A DNA stretch of 64,000 bases from Octopus sinensis (taxonomy: Eukaryota), in NCBI RefSeq assembly GCF_006345805.1, contig NC_043014.1:21390001-21454000 (forward strand). Reading direction: 5' to 3'. A model generated the notes under the pieces. The model searched no databases. It had not been told where the DNA came from and saw nothing but the letters and a program-made list of their open reading frames with translations. Within the stretch, counting starts at the first letter, position 1. Each line of letters begins with the position of its first letter. The translations under genes were made by a program, and so were the position numbers. Shown piece after piece: positions 53,308-64,000 of the stretch.

Positions 53308-55347
53308 CTATCCATATGGTATATTTATATTCGACATTTTAAATTTAGCCGCGTGCCTACATAAGTTCATTAACTCACTTCTTTGATTCAAAGAATTATT
53401 GTCTTTGAATAATATGTGCATTTTCTCTAATAAGCAAAGCTTGCACTTGAAATTATATTTGTAAGCTCCATGCCTGTATGGTGCCGCCCTGTCCAGAATG
53501 CTCCATGTCACGTTGAAAGGTGGGGCTTCCTTTTCTTTTAGTTCCCAGACATATTTTGCTAGGCTGGTTTTCTTCCTATTCTCTGGGTATTTAAAGGAAT
53601 TTTTATGAGAATAAAATCTTGTTTTAAATGAATTTTCTGAAGCCCCTGTGTATGTCTTGTATTCCGATGAGCCTTCCACTTGCACCTTGGCTCTATAAAC
53701 TACTCCTTTCACTAGACATTTCCCTTCTAACGGACAGGAGCTTTCGTTTTTGAAATTACATTTCTTAATGGGCTCGGCACCATGTCTAATCTCAATTAGC
53801 TTCCTATTATGTTGGCTAATGTAAGAGGCGAAATTTCTGCAACAAGAATAGCTAACCTTCAGGGTTCTTCTATTAAATATTCTGTAGAATTTATGACCCT
53901 GCTTAAAATGCTTAGAGACTAATCTCAAAAATTCCTTACCTATATTAGTCTTTACGGCCAAATTGAAAGCCGGGTTGAACCACAAAACTTTCCTGGTCCT
54001 AGTTCTTCGTGCAGCATTATTATTAGCATTAAGCTGGTTGAACTGGATCTTCTCCGAGAATCCACTATTCTTTAATGCGCTATCGTAATAAGGTGCAGCA
54101 TTATGGAATGCTGCCTCGTCCGAAGAAATTGAAGATATTCTTCTACCTACATTGCTGACTAAGTTGCTAAGGATAACTGGTGGATGGTTCGAATCTTTGC
54201 TAATATACGATAGCTTTTCATTGGGCTTACGGAAAGGTTTAAATCTATCCGATCTTACATTAAAATTTACGTCTAAAAAATCTACACTATTCAGGTTAGT
54301 ATCTATCGTAATCCGTAAGCCCATCCTTTGAAAGAAAGCTATAAGGTCCTTCCTAAGTCTATCTGATTCATGGCCGTTTAGATTATGCGTGGCTATAAGG
54401 CCGTCATCCCTATATAGACCTGCATCTATAAATGGGAATTCTATTTTTAGATTATGGAGAATAAAGGCTCCTATGAGCATACATAGTTCAGCCCCGTCGT
54501 ATGCCCCCATCGGTACATCGAAAAGAGAATCCTCAGTCTTCTTAATCCAGGTGGAATCCTCGAAAAACAGAAGCGATTTCCTCGCATGCATAATAATTTC
54601 AATTTCCGAGCTATCGATGTTGACATACTGCTTGGCGAAGTCCAATGCCCTTAGGAGCAACGTCCTAGATATCGACGGGTAAAAGTCAATAATGTCGAAT
54701 TGTGTGAAACTATAATTATTCTTATAGCTAATACCTTTAAACCACTCTATAACTGACTTACTATTCTTCCAAATTCTCAAGTCTACTTCACTATCTAACT
54801 TAACTAAAATACGGTCTAAAATATTTTTGCTAATAAATCCTATCTCAGTTTTAGCCGGATTTATCAATCTACATTTGGGGTTTCTACTAAAATTGTCTTT
54901 ATGGTCTTTCAGAGTAATAAAAGCTGGTCGTGGTGAAAGGTATTCAATCCTATCGCTAATCTTAAGATCGTTAGCTATTCCTCTTGCTTCTAAGTTCACC
55001 TCTTTGTATATATTCGTGTTGTCTTTTTTGTATGTGTCCGTGACACTATTCGAAATCAGGCGTTTATAAACGTCCTTATCAAGTGCATATAAGTTCCTTG
55101 TCTTGTCAGAATTAACGAAGATCTTATTCGAGTCGTTAATCTCCTTAATTTTTTCTCTCATGTTTTTTTGCAATTGGTTGGTAAATTTGCGGAATTTAAT
55201 TTTCCTAATAAGCTCGAAAAGGTCTTTCTCGAAGGCTTCTAATTCCGGAATCGGTGGTGGGTTTCTGGGAGATTTAAATCCATATTTGTTACCTTCTATT
55301 TTCTGTTTATTATCAAAGAAGAAGGCTTTCCATCTCAGTCTTCTAAA
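53308..55347 (-). CDS. PLE polyprotein, RT (YRDD) + C-terminal GIY-YIG endonuclease; uninterrupted but 5'-truncated
   Basis: The frame is open upstream of the tracked start (FRRLRWKAFFF...). Motifs: SDKT, FITLKDHK, CRLINP, FDIIDFYPSI, FDVPMGAYDGAE, GLYRDDGL, SNHPP, WFNP, CNxxxxxxCPLEGKC, VVYRA...YTGASE..FKTR...H, CKLCLLEK...LNQRSE...CRH. Confidence 0.95.
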   Translation of the reverse strand, partial: FRRLRWKAFFFDNKQKIEGNKYGFKSPRNPPPIPELEAFEKDLFELIRKIKFRKFTNQLQKNMREKIKEINDSNKIFVNSDKTRNLYALDKDVYKRLISNSVTDTYKKDNTNIYKEVNLEARGIANDLKISDRIEYLSPRPAFITLKDHKDNFSRNPKCRLINPAKTEIGFISKNILDRILVKLDSEVDLRIWKNSKSVIEWFKGISYKNNYSFTQFDIIDFYPSISRTLLLRALDFAKQYVNIDSSEIEIIMHARKSLLFFEDSTWIKKTEDSLFDVPMGAYDGAELCMLIGAFILHNLKIEFPFIDAGLYRDDGLIATHNLNGHESDRLRKDLIAFFQRMGLRITIDTNLNSVDFLDVNFNVRSDRFKPFRKPNEKLSYISKDSNHPPVILSNLVSNVGRRISSISSDEAAFHNAAPYYDSALKNSGFSEKIQFNQLNANNNAARRTRTRKVLWFNPAFNLAVKTNIGKEFLRLVSKHFKQGHKFYRIFNRRTLKVSYSCCRNFASYISQHNRKLIEIRHGAEPIKKCNFKNESSCPLEGKCLVKGVVYRAKVQVEGSSEYKTYTGASENSFKTRFYSHKNSFKYPENRKKTSLAKYVWELKEKEAPPFNVTWSILDRAAPYRHGAYKYNFKCKLCLLEKMHILFKDNNSLNQRSELMNLCRHAAKFKMSNINIPYG

Positions 55348-55794
55348 TTGCTACATAGATGAATTTTAGCTTGCGTGCGAGACGGTTTGCGTGAATATAT
55401 GTACACATGATTTTATGTGTATAATTTAGATTCATATTCATACGTCTGTATATGTATGTATGGCGTTTACGCGCATCCTTTTGTGTATGTTGATATATAT
55501 ATGTGGATTTTAATATAAATATGTATTGCAGTATTTATAACAGGTTTAATTTCTATGCATTAATTTGTACTGTCTTCATTAACGGCAATAGGTTTTTTCC
55601 TCGGTTTTTTCCTCGGATTTTATAATTTTTATAAGTTTTTTTATATATATATACATATATTTTTGACCTTTTTGTTTATCGCTCGAAGATTGACCGTTTT
55701 TTCTAAAGGGCCAATCAAACAAGTCCATTTCTTTTTAAAGGTGTAGCGTCTGTAAGAGTATAGATTGAATTTATATGTTCCATTCTAGCAAAAA

Positions 55795-55832
55795 CTGTCT
55801 GATGAACGGCAACGAGAAACTCAGAGTAACAG
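55795..55832 (+). ncRNA. Predicted minimal hammerhead in inverted pseudo-LTR
   Basis: Exact inverse of 52262-52299. Confidence 0.7.
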
Positions 55833-55934
55833 ATTTTGTTGAATTTTCTGCTGCTTAAAATAAAGCATATTACTCTACCACTGGTATTTGAGTACTCTTT
55901 TTTCCACCTTGTTTCACATTTATGTGTTTACTCC

Positions 55935-56040
<106 letters not shown>

Positions 56041-56098
56041 TGTGGTGTGTGTGTGTGTGTGTGTGTATATACATATGCATATATTATTTACATTATTA

Positions 56099-56856
56099 TT
56101 TGATTGAACGCCACGCATCCATTTCCAAGTAAGTTTATCTTAATCTTTTTGATGTGACTCTATCCTATACTGTTTTCTCCCTCATCTTTTTCTCCCTTTC
56201 ACCGTTTTCTATCTGTCTTTCTCTCTCTCTCTCTCTCTCCTTTCTCTTTTCCTCTCTCTCGTTGCTCACACGTAACCATCGTCCATCTTTCTTTTCCTTA
56301 CGTGATCATCTTTCTTTTCCTTCAGGACTGTCCTGGGGAGTAGACATATTCTACCTCTCTCTTCTATTTTTTCTCTTTTCAAAGAAAATATTTCTCCAGC
56401 GTTCGCTATTTTACCCTCGTTCTGGTAACCCTCCATGTTCGTTTTCGTCCGGTTTCCTTTTATGTCTGCACTGTCTTGTTTTTGTTCCCAACTTTGACCC
56501 TCCATAAATCCAAAATTTTATTTTAGAATTGATGGGAGAAACTGTCTTTGAAGACTCATATTGTCGTTCAATGATAGAAATGAGGAGTAGATAGACAGCC
56601 GGCAACTGATGAAGGGTCTTTCTTTATGTTACTTGTCCTGTTTTCAATTTGTTTCTCTCGTTGTTTGCGTATTGAACTCATTTGTTTTCGTACTTCATGC
56701 TGTTTACTGTTCGTGACGTACTGTACCCATATATGCATGTGTGTGTGTATGTATATATATATATAATATATATATATATATAATATATATATATACATAT
56801 ATTATTTATATTATTATTTGATTGAACACCACACATCCATTTCCAAGTAAGTTTAT
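56099..56856 (+). mobile_element. Non-autonomous LTR-like element related to 48300-49450
   Basis: Direct repeats tttgattgaac.ccac.catccatttccaagtaagtttat at about 56099-56138 and 56817-56856; pyrimidine-rich interior; same terminal motif as about 49400-49447. Confidence 0.7.
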
Positions 56857-56866
56857 ATATATACAT

Positions 56867-56897
<31 letters not shown>

Positions 56898-56926
56898 TTA
56901 TTTATATATATATATATATATACATA

Positions 56927-56961
<35 letters not shown>

Positions 56962-57064
56962 ATATATATTATATATATATACATACACACACACACATAT
57001 ATATATGCATACATACACACACACATATTATATATACATACAATCATACACACATACACACCAG

Positions 57065-57136
<72 letters not shown>

Positions 57137-57271
57137 AAAATAGTAAAGTGTGAAAAAACGACAGAAGGCTTAAATGTTAAAAAATATATATATTTGTGTC
57201 AAAATGTCTGGAGAATATTGGAAAAATTTTTTTTCCCTTTCCTTAAAATGACATAATTTAAAAAATCTTTA

Positions 57272-57311
57272 AAGAAATTACCGGTTTCGCGTGTAGCTTT
57301 TCAAATTTCTT
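57272..57311 (-). ncRNA. Predicted minimal type I hammerhead, U3-A8 core (3' UTR of minus copy)
   Basis: AAGAAAT-TTGAAAA-GC-TACAC-GC-GAAAC-CG-GTA-ATTTCTT. Confidence 0.8.
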
Positions 57312-57447
57312 GTGACGTTACGTTTATATTGCATGGAATTATCGTTGTTTTTATTTCCAGGAGATTTCTAAATAAGGGGAGGTAGTGAGTGATTTTTTCC
57401 GGTGTAGGGGAGATAATCGCTTAAAAATTTTTTTTCCCTTTTCCTTG

Positions 57448-59776
57448 TTAATTTCTCTGTGTCAGTATGTTCGGATGGTTGAGTCTGGGTTTGTACTTTT
57501 TAATGAAGAATGTTTCCTTGTTCAGTCTCATTTGTGTTGATGATCCGAAAGCACATTGGTAAAATGGGAAGATTAAAAATTGTGGCAGTAGTTGCTTTGC
57601 GCATTTCTCAATGTGCTCACTAAAAGGTATCATTCTATATTCTGGGAATGCAATCTGTTGTCGATGCAGTGTGCATCTGCGCCTGAGTGATAGTCCCGTG
57701 GAGCCCACGTAGTCTTGGTGGCAGCCCGAGCATTTAATAACATAAATTATGTTTTCAGAGGCACAAGTAAAGTTAGATTTGATCTTAAATTTCTGTCCCT
57801 CTTTAAAGAAGAATTCTGATCCTTCCAATAGGTTAGGACATGTTGCACAGTTCGATCTACCACATTTTTTTACTTTTGCATCCGTAATTTTAGAAGACAA
57901 TTTTGCCTTTGTGATAATCTTTTTAAGTGATTTAGGCTGTTTGTAGCTTTTAATGATTTGGTGTATGTTTAGAATTTCCTTTAATTTTGGGTTTTTATGA
58001 AGTATTGGTAAATTCTGGGTGATGATGGTGAAGGCTTCTTTGTTTCTGGGGTTGTATGTAGATATGTAAGGTAGTATTTTCGGGGAAGGTGTGTTGTTGT
58101 GTTGAACTTTTCTTAAAGTTTCTATGTTGATTTCTGTTGCACGTCTGATCCCATCCTCTATGAGTTGAGCTGGGTAATGTCTGTCAATTAGGGTGTTTTT
58201 GAGTTCTTGCAGTCTAAAGTTCCTGGTATTTTGTTCTGACACTATTGTGCATATCCTTCTTGCAAGGTTGAAGGGGATGTTTGTTTTAGTGTGTCTTGGG
58301 TGGCATGAATTAAAAAGAAGGTATTGTTTGGCGTCTGTGGCTTTGTAAAAAATGTCTGTTTCTATTTTAAGGTTAATTTTTTTAATTAGTATATCCAAGA
58401 ACGGGAGCTCCTTTTGGTTGTATTCCATTGTGAACTGTATATTTGGGTTTATGCTGTTCAATAGGTTTTTAAATTTTAGGAGTTTATCTATGTTTTCATT
58501 CCAGAGAATGAAACAATCGTCTAGGAATCGTTTCCAATTCTCTTTTATGTATTGAGAGAGGGGTTTCCAAAGATTGATAGAGATTCCTGGTAAATGATTA
58601 TTTCCATGTATCCCATTGTTAAGTTCGCAATGACTGGTGCTGCCCTTGTACCCATAGCAATTCCGGATTTTTGACGGTAAAATGTATTGTCAAACATGAA
58701 GTGGTTATTGTGTAGGATGAATTCAATTGATTTAGTAATGAATTCCTTACTGATCCTTTTTGGTATTTCTTCCGGAAATTGGTCTAACCAGAATTGTATT
58801 GCCTCCAGTCCATAATTATGAGGTATACTGGTATACAAGTTGACTACATCAAATGAAACCAGGATTGTTTCTTCCTTGGTTTTTTTTGGGAGGTGGTTTA
58901 ACATATCTAAGTCATCTCTGATATGGCTATCGATATGTTTAAGGAAGGGTTTCAAGAGAATGTCCATAAGTAGACTTAGTCTGTGTGTTTCACAGGTTGG
59001 GCCAGCTACAATGGGTCGTAGTTTTAGGTCCCCCGGATTAGGTGTGTGTATGTATGTCTTTGGTGATTTTTTAATGGTTTCATTTATAATTTGACTTTTA
59101 TGAATTTTGGCAGACCATAGAAAAGGCTAGGTTTGCATTTAAAGTTTGTTAGGAAATCAATCTCTTTGGTTGTCAGTTCCTTTTCATGGGTTTTAATTAG
59201 TGAAGATAGAGTTTTCATTATTTTTTGTGGGGTGTAGTTGGTAATTTTTTCATAATGTAGGTCTTCATCAAGCAAGGAAATTACAAGATTTCTGTAGTAT
59301 GATGTATCCATTATTACAACTGCATTTCCCTTGTCCGCTTCCTTAATGGTTATATCTTCATCATTTTGGAGTTCTATCAGTTCTTTCCATTGTGTAGTGT
59401 TAAAATTTGGGTTAGCTTTCTGTTTATGTATAGTATGGTAGGGGAAGTTCTCAATGTGGTTACAGAATTCGTCAAGATCTTTATTTCTTCCTCTGTGTGG
59501 GATGTGTTCACTTTTGTTCTTGACTAGTGATTCATCTTCAGTATTGAAACTGTTTGATGCTTCTGCTAGTCTTAATTTTCTGCAAAATTCTGTTATATTA
59601 TCCTTGAGTTCATTTAGGTTTGCTCTGCGTGGAGTTGGTGTAAATTTGAGCCCTTTTGCGAGGATGTCAATTTTTATGTTAGAAAGAGGTTTGGTTGAAA
59701 GATTGATTATCTTCGGTTTTTCCTTATTACTAGGTTCCAGCCTGTGTCCTGGTGTCCCTGGTCCCTGGCTAAAAAA
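57448..59776 (-). pseudogene. Neptune-type PLE RT + GIY-YIG reading frame with two 1-nt deletions (~59105 and ~58560)
   Basis: IINLS..LAKGLKFTPTP, IKEADKGNAVVIMD, FYGLPK[I]HK, LRPIVAGP, VSFDVVNLYTSIP, GIAMGT.AAP, [WKRFLDD], LPFLD, SCHP, CGRSNCATC linker, IIYVIKC..C..DYVGST, RLNKETFFI..LN. Confidence 0.93.
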
Positions 59777-60300
59777 TGTTGGGTGTAATTTTGTTTGTAT
59801 GAGTTGTCTGTGAGGTTGTGTGGTATTTGGTCGGGGGAGTGGTGGTATTGTTGCCTCCGATCGTTGTGTGTGTGGGGGAATCTATGGTTGTTAATGCTTG
59901 TGGTGTGTGTAAAATTTCTGTATGGGGAATATTTTTGTTTCGAACTTCTTGTATGTGGGATGTTGCTTGACATAGTGTTTCTTTGCGTTTGTCTTGTGTT
60001 TAGTGGGGACCAGTAGTTTTGGTTCATGGGGTAGTAGTGATTTGTGTGTGGTGTATTTCTTATCCTAGTGTCGTATTGTGCTGTATGGTGGTTGGGTCTG
60101 GTATTAGGATGTTGTTGGTTTGTTCTGTTTTTGGTGTAATTTCTTTCATAGACGCGTCCTCTTTCAGCTAGTTCCCTGTTAGGTCTAGCGTGGTTTGTAA
60201 AGGTTGGTTGTGGGTGATTTCTGTTTTTAGTGTATGGAGGATAGTTGGGGGTTGTTCGTGGGTTGTTAGGTTTTTCTTTTTTATTTATTGTAATTTTCTT
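59707..60300 (-). CDS. Upstream N/T/H/P-rich ORF (ORF1-like or N-terminal extension) of the Neptune-type PLE, 5'-truncated by the inversion
   Basis: Open frame KKITINKK...QHFLARDQGHQDTGWNLVIRKNRR*; overlaps the RT frame, which is in the -1 phase. Confidence 0.65.
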   Translation of the reverse strand, partial: KKITINKKEKPNNPRTTPNYPPYTKNRNHPQPTFTNHARPNRELAERGRVYERNYTKNRTNQQHPNTRPNHHTAQYDTRIRNTPHTNHYYPMNQNYWSPLNTRQTQRNTMSSNIPHTRSSKQKYSPYRNFTHTTSINNHRFPHTHNDRRQQYHHSPDQIPHNLTDNSYKQNYTQHFLARDQGHQDTGWNLVIRKNRR

Positions 60301-61501
60301 AAGGGCAGCACCAGTCATTGCGAACTTAACAATGGGATACATGGAAATAATCATTTACCAGGAATCTCTATCAATCTTTGGAAACTCCCTCTCTCAATAC
60401 ATAAAAGAGAATTGGAAACGATTCCTAGACGATTGTTTCATTCTCTGGAATGAAAACATAGATAAACTCCTAAAATTTAAAAACCTATTGAACAGCATAA
60501 ACCCAAATATACAGTTCACAATGGAATACAACCAAAAGGAGCTCCCGTTCTTGGATATACTAATTAAAAAAATTAACCTTAAAATAGAAACAGACATTTT
60601 TTACAAAGCCACAGACGCCAAACAATACCTTCTTTTTAATTCATGCCACCCAAGACACACTAAAACAAACATCCCCTTCAACCTTGCAAGAAGGATATGC
60701 ACAATAGTGTCAGAACAAAATACCAGGAACTTTAGACTGCAAGAACTCAAAAACACCCTAATTGACAGACATTACCCAGCTCAACTCATAGAGGATGGGA
60801 TCAGACGTGCAACAGAAATCAACATAGAAACTTTAAGAAAAGTTCAACACAACAACACACCTTCCCCGAAAATACTACCTTACATATCTACATACAACCC
60901 CAGAAACAAAGAAGCCTTCACCATCATCACCCAGAATTTACCAATACTTCATAAAAACCCAAAATTAAAGGAAATTCTAAACATACACCAAATCATTAAA
61001 AGCTACAAACAGCCTAAATCACTTAAAAAGATTCTCACAAAGGCAAAATTGTCTTCTAAAATTACGGATGCAAAAGTAAAAAAATGTGGTAGATCGAACT
61101 GTGCAACATGTCCTAACCTATTGGAAGGATCAGAATTCTTCTTTAAAGAGGGACAGAAATTTAAGATCAAATCTAACTTTACTTGTGCCTCTGAAAACAT
61201 AATTTATGTTATTAAATGCTCGGGCTGCCACCAAGACTACGTGGGCTCCACGGGACTATCACTCAGGCGCAGATGCACACTGCATCGACAACAGATTGCA
61301 TTCCCAGAATATAGAATGATACCTTTTAGTGAGCACATTGAGAAATGCGCAAAGCAACTACTGCCACAATTTTTAATCTTCCCATTTTACCAATGTGCTT
61401 TCGGATCATCAACACAAATGAGACTGAACAAGGAAACATTCTTCATTGAAAAGTACAAACCCAGACTCAACCATCCGAACATACTGACACAGAGAAATTA
61501 A
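60301..61501 (+). CDS. Uninterrupted 3' half of the PLE ORF (RT C-terminus, thumb, Cys linker, GIY-YIG); no native start
   Basis: RAAPVIANLTMG...WKRFLDDCF...CGRSNCATC...YVIKC...YVGST...QRN*; begins at the inversion junction. Confidence 0.9.
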
Positions 61502-61637
61502 CAAGGAAAAGGGAAAAAAAATTTTTAAGCGATTATCTCCCCTACACCGGAAAAAATCACTCACTAGCTCCCCTTATTCAGAAATCTCCTGGAAATAAAA
61601 ACAACGATAATTCCATGCAATATAAACATAACGTCAC

Positions 61638-61677
61638 AAGAAATTTGAAAAGCTACACGCGAAACCGGTAATTTCTT
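61638..61677 (+). ncRNA. Predicted minimal type I hammerhead, U3-A8 core (3' UTR of plus copy)
   Basis: 7-bp stem I (61638-61644 / 61671-61677), UUGAAAA, 2-bp stem II, GAAAC-CG-GUA. Confidence 0.8.
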
Positions 61678-61854
61678 TAAAAATTTTTTAAATTATGTCA
61701 TTTTAAGGAAAGGGAAAAAAAATTTTTCCAATATTCTCCAGACATTTTGACACAAATATATATATTTTTTAACATTTAAGCCTTCTGTCGTTTTTTCACA
61801 CTTTACTATTTTCTTATATATTCACCCACGTGCTTTACCAAACAAACTTTCTTA

Positions 61855-61902
<48 letters not shown>

Positions 61903-61908
61903 ATATAT

Positions 61909-62582
61909 ACAATAGCATGTCAATTCCGGATGGAACTCGCCGTTCGTTTGACGATATAGGCGTGGTTATATAGGAAGGGGAGGAATATGTAGTGTGAGTG
62001 TCGCGCATAATAATATTTGCAGATTAAATAAGCAACATTGGTTATAATTGTCAACTTTGATTGAATAGAGAAATGATGAAAAGTGTCCCAGTCGCGACCA
62101 TTTAGGACTACATTATTAAATCTCTCTCATTCCTTATATATTTTTCTCTTAACCCCTCTTTCCTTATTGTCTACTTATCTTAGAGAGAAAGAGAGAGAGG
62201 TGAGAGAGGTGAGAGACAAAAATACGAACTGAAAAATAAACAGCTGAGAGAGAATTTGAATGAGCGAGAAAGAGAGAAGAGAGAGGGGTGAATGAGTGAA
62301 GGGAAGAGAAAGATAAGTAGAAAATAAGGAAAGAGGGGTTAAGAGAAAAATATATAAGGAATGAGAGAGATTTAATAATGTAGTCCTAAATGGTCGCGAC
62401 TGGGACACTTTTCATCATTTCTCTATTCAATCAAAGTTGACAATTATAACCAATGTTGCTTATTTAATCTGCATATATAATTATGCGCGACACTCACACT
62501 ACATATTCCTCCCCTTCCTATATAACCACGCCTATATCGTCAAACGAACGGCGAGTACCATCCGGAATTGACATGCTATTGT
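61909..62582. mobile_element. Fold-back MITE with 273-bp TIRs
   Basis: Arms 61909-62181 and 62310-62582 with about four mismatches by eye; 128-bp GA-rich spacer; no ORF; TSD not evident. Confidence 0.9.
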
Positions 62583-62807
62583 GTTAGCATTGCCACGCCC
62601 ATATCCCTAACCATTGATGTCTATCGACTTGCAAGACATAGCAGCTTAATATCCGCTAATCACACCCTACCGTCTTTGAAAGGGGTAAACACATCAGATA
62701 AACCTTAGCGCTAGATATACACAGAAAGACGAGATCGTTACGGCTGGAACGATTTTGATCAAAGGGCCTTTCACCTAATTTAACAACTCTGTCATTAACA
62801 AGAAAAT

Positions 62808-62942
62808 AAGGCAGCGAATTAGCAGTCGTTAGTGTGGCATTTATTACGACCCTCTATTTTCTGAGTTCAAATCCTGTCAAGGAAAATATTTGCCTTTCAT
62901 CCCAAGTTGGGGTCGATAAATAAGGTACTAGTCAAACACTGA
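62808..62942 (+). mobile_element. Decayed SINE family A
   Basis: ttctgagttcaaatcc...tttgcctttcatcc...ggggtcgataaataaggtac. Confidence 0.7.
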
Positions 62943-63209
62943 AACTGATTTCTTCTATCCTTCCCCCTCTCTCCGCTTCATTCGTTCATTCAACTGACCC
63001 AAGTAATTCCACTTCACCTCTACACAGCAGATCTCGCTCTATGACTTACTAAGCTGCCTATCACCAACCACGCCTATTTATTATCACCTCACCTATCAGA
63101 CTTATCTCCTCCCAGTTCTCTCAATCCTTCTCTCCCAGGATTGAAATTCCATCCCCGACAGCGACATGTTTTGTTTTAGTTTTGTTTTTTTCTTTTCTTT
63201 TATCTTTTA

Positions 63210-63398
63210 TTTCTTTCAGTCATTGGACTGCGCCCATGCTGGGGCATCACCTTGAAGACTTTTAGTCGAACGAATCCACCCCAATACTTATTTGATTTTT
63301 TTTCTTTTTTAAGCCTGGTTCTTATTGTTTTTGCCGAACTGATAAATTACGAGGACATAAACAAACTAGCATCGGTTGTCAAGTGGTGGTGGAGGGAA
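63210..63398 (-). mobile_element. SINE family B 3' part
   Basis: tttcagtcattggactgcgcccatgctggggca...ttttgccgaact...gcatcggttgtcaag. Confidence 0.8.
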
Positions 63399-64000
63399 TA
63401 CACAATGACACAATGACACATTCATATACGTACACACACACACACACACACAACACACACACACACACTTCAGATTGTGTTATGGAAACAGAAAAAGTTT
63501 TTAAAAAGCAGAGAAAGTACATTTCGGTCAACCTCTTCGGAAGTTCAGTCGACCGCATGGAAAGAGTACGAGATAACCAGGTTATGAATCAACCACGGGT
63601 TCGTTTCTTGTCGCAGGCCCTGTATTGTATCTCTGGCCAAGGCACGTAACTCTAAAATATTACGGTACACCACCCGATTGTACATAAATTGACATCCACG
63701 AGCATTACCGACTCTAGGTATGAGCTCACTAAGCAGTTGCCAAAGGCCTTACTGGTCTAGGAGCCCAATTCGGGTCAATGTATGTTGTGGCTTACTAGCA
63801 GTAAATATATACTATATGGCCCAGAGCATTGATTTGCTAGGAGACTTCACAGGTCTAGGGGGCCCAATTCTGATTTATGAATACTTTTAGTTACGGGTAG
63901 TAGATATATACTATATATTTGCCCGGGAGCGGTGGCTACTAAGATGGCCCTGCCCTCGCGATGGTTTATACTTAATAATTCTCTGCTGCAATCGACGCCA

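Larger units (their letters stand above)
57129..61820. mobile_element. Young Neptune-type Penelope-like element with 1.52-kb inverted duplication of its 3' half
   Basis: Arms 57129-58647 and 60301-61820 are near-identical inverted copies; the spacer 58648-60300 holds the 5' part of the minus-strand ORF. Confidence 0.97.

Overview
Repeat-dense, AT-rich eukaryotic DNA with no recognisable host protein-coding gene, rRNA, true tRNA gene or CRISPR array. The SINE families and microsatellite load look like an octopus (coleoid cephalopod) genome; this is recognition from memory, not a database result. Most ORFs in the supplied track are translations of (TA)n, (CA)n, (TATG)n, (CT)n and triplet repeats. 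The real coding content is transposon-derived: three Penelope-like elements (PLEs; RT plus C-terminal GIY-YIG) of two different types at 42.7-44.8, 52.2-55.9 and 57.1-61.8 kb; a full-length DD34D mariner; three maT (DD37D-type) remnants; and R4/Dong-like and L1/Tx1-like LINE fragments. There are also many tRNA-derived SINEs, MITEs and fold-back palindromes. Best leads: (1) about ten predicted minimal type I hammerhead ribozymes in PLE pseudo-LTRs, several with the compensatory U3-A8 core (UUGANAA); (2) an in-phase U_UUU_UUA slippery heptamer joining an upstream ORF to the RT frame of a young Neptune-type PLE, which is either a programmed -1 frameshift or a homopolymer error; (3) many near-perfect inverted repeats that could form long dsRNA; (4) a ~620-bp (GGC)n tract in a CpG-rich, promoter-like island next to a candidate first coding exon.
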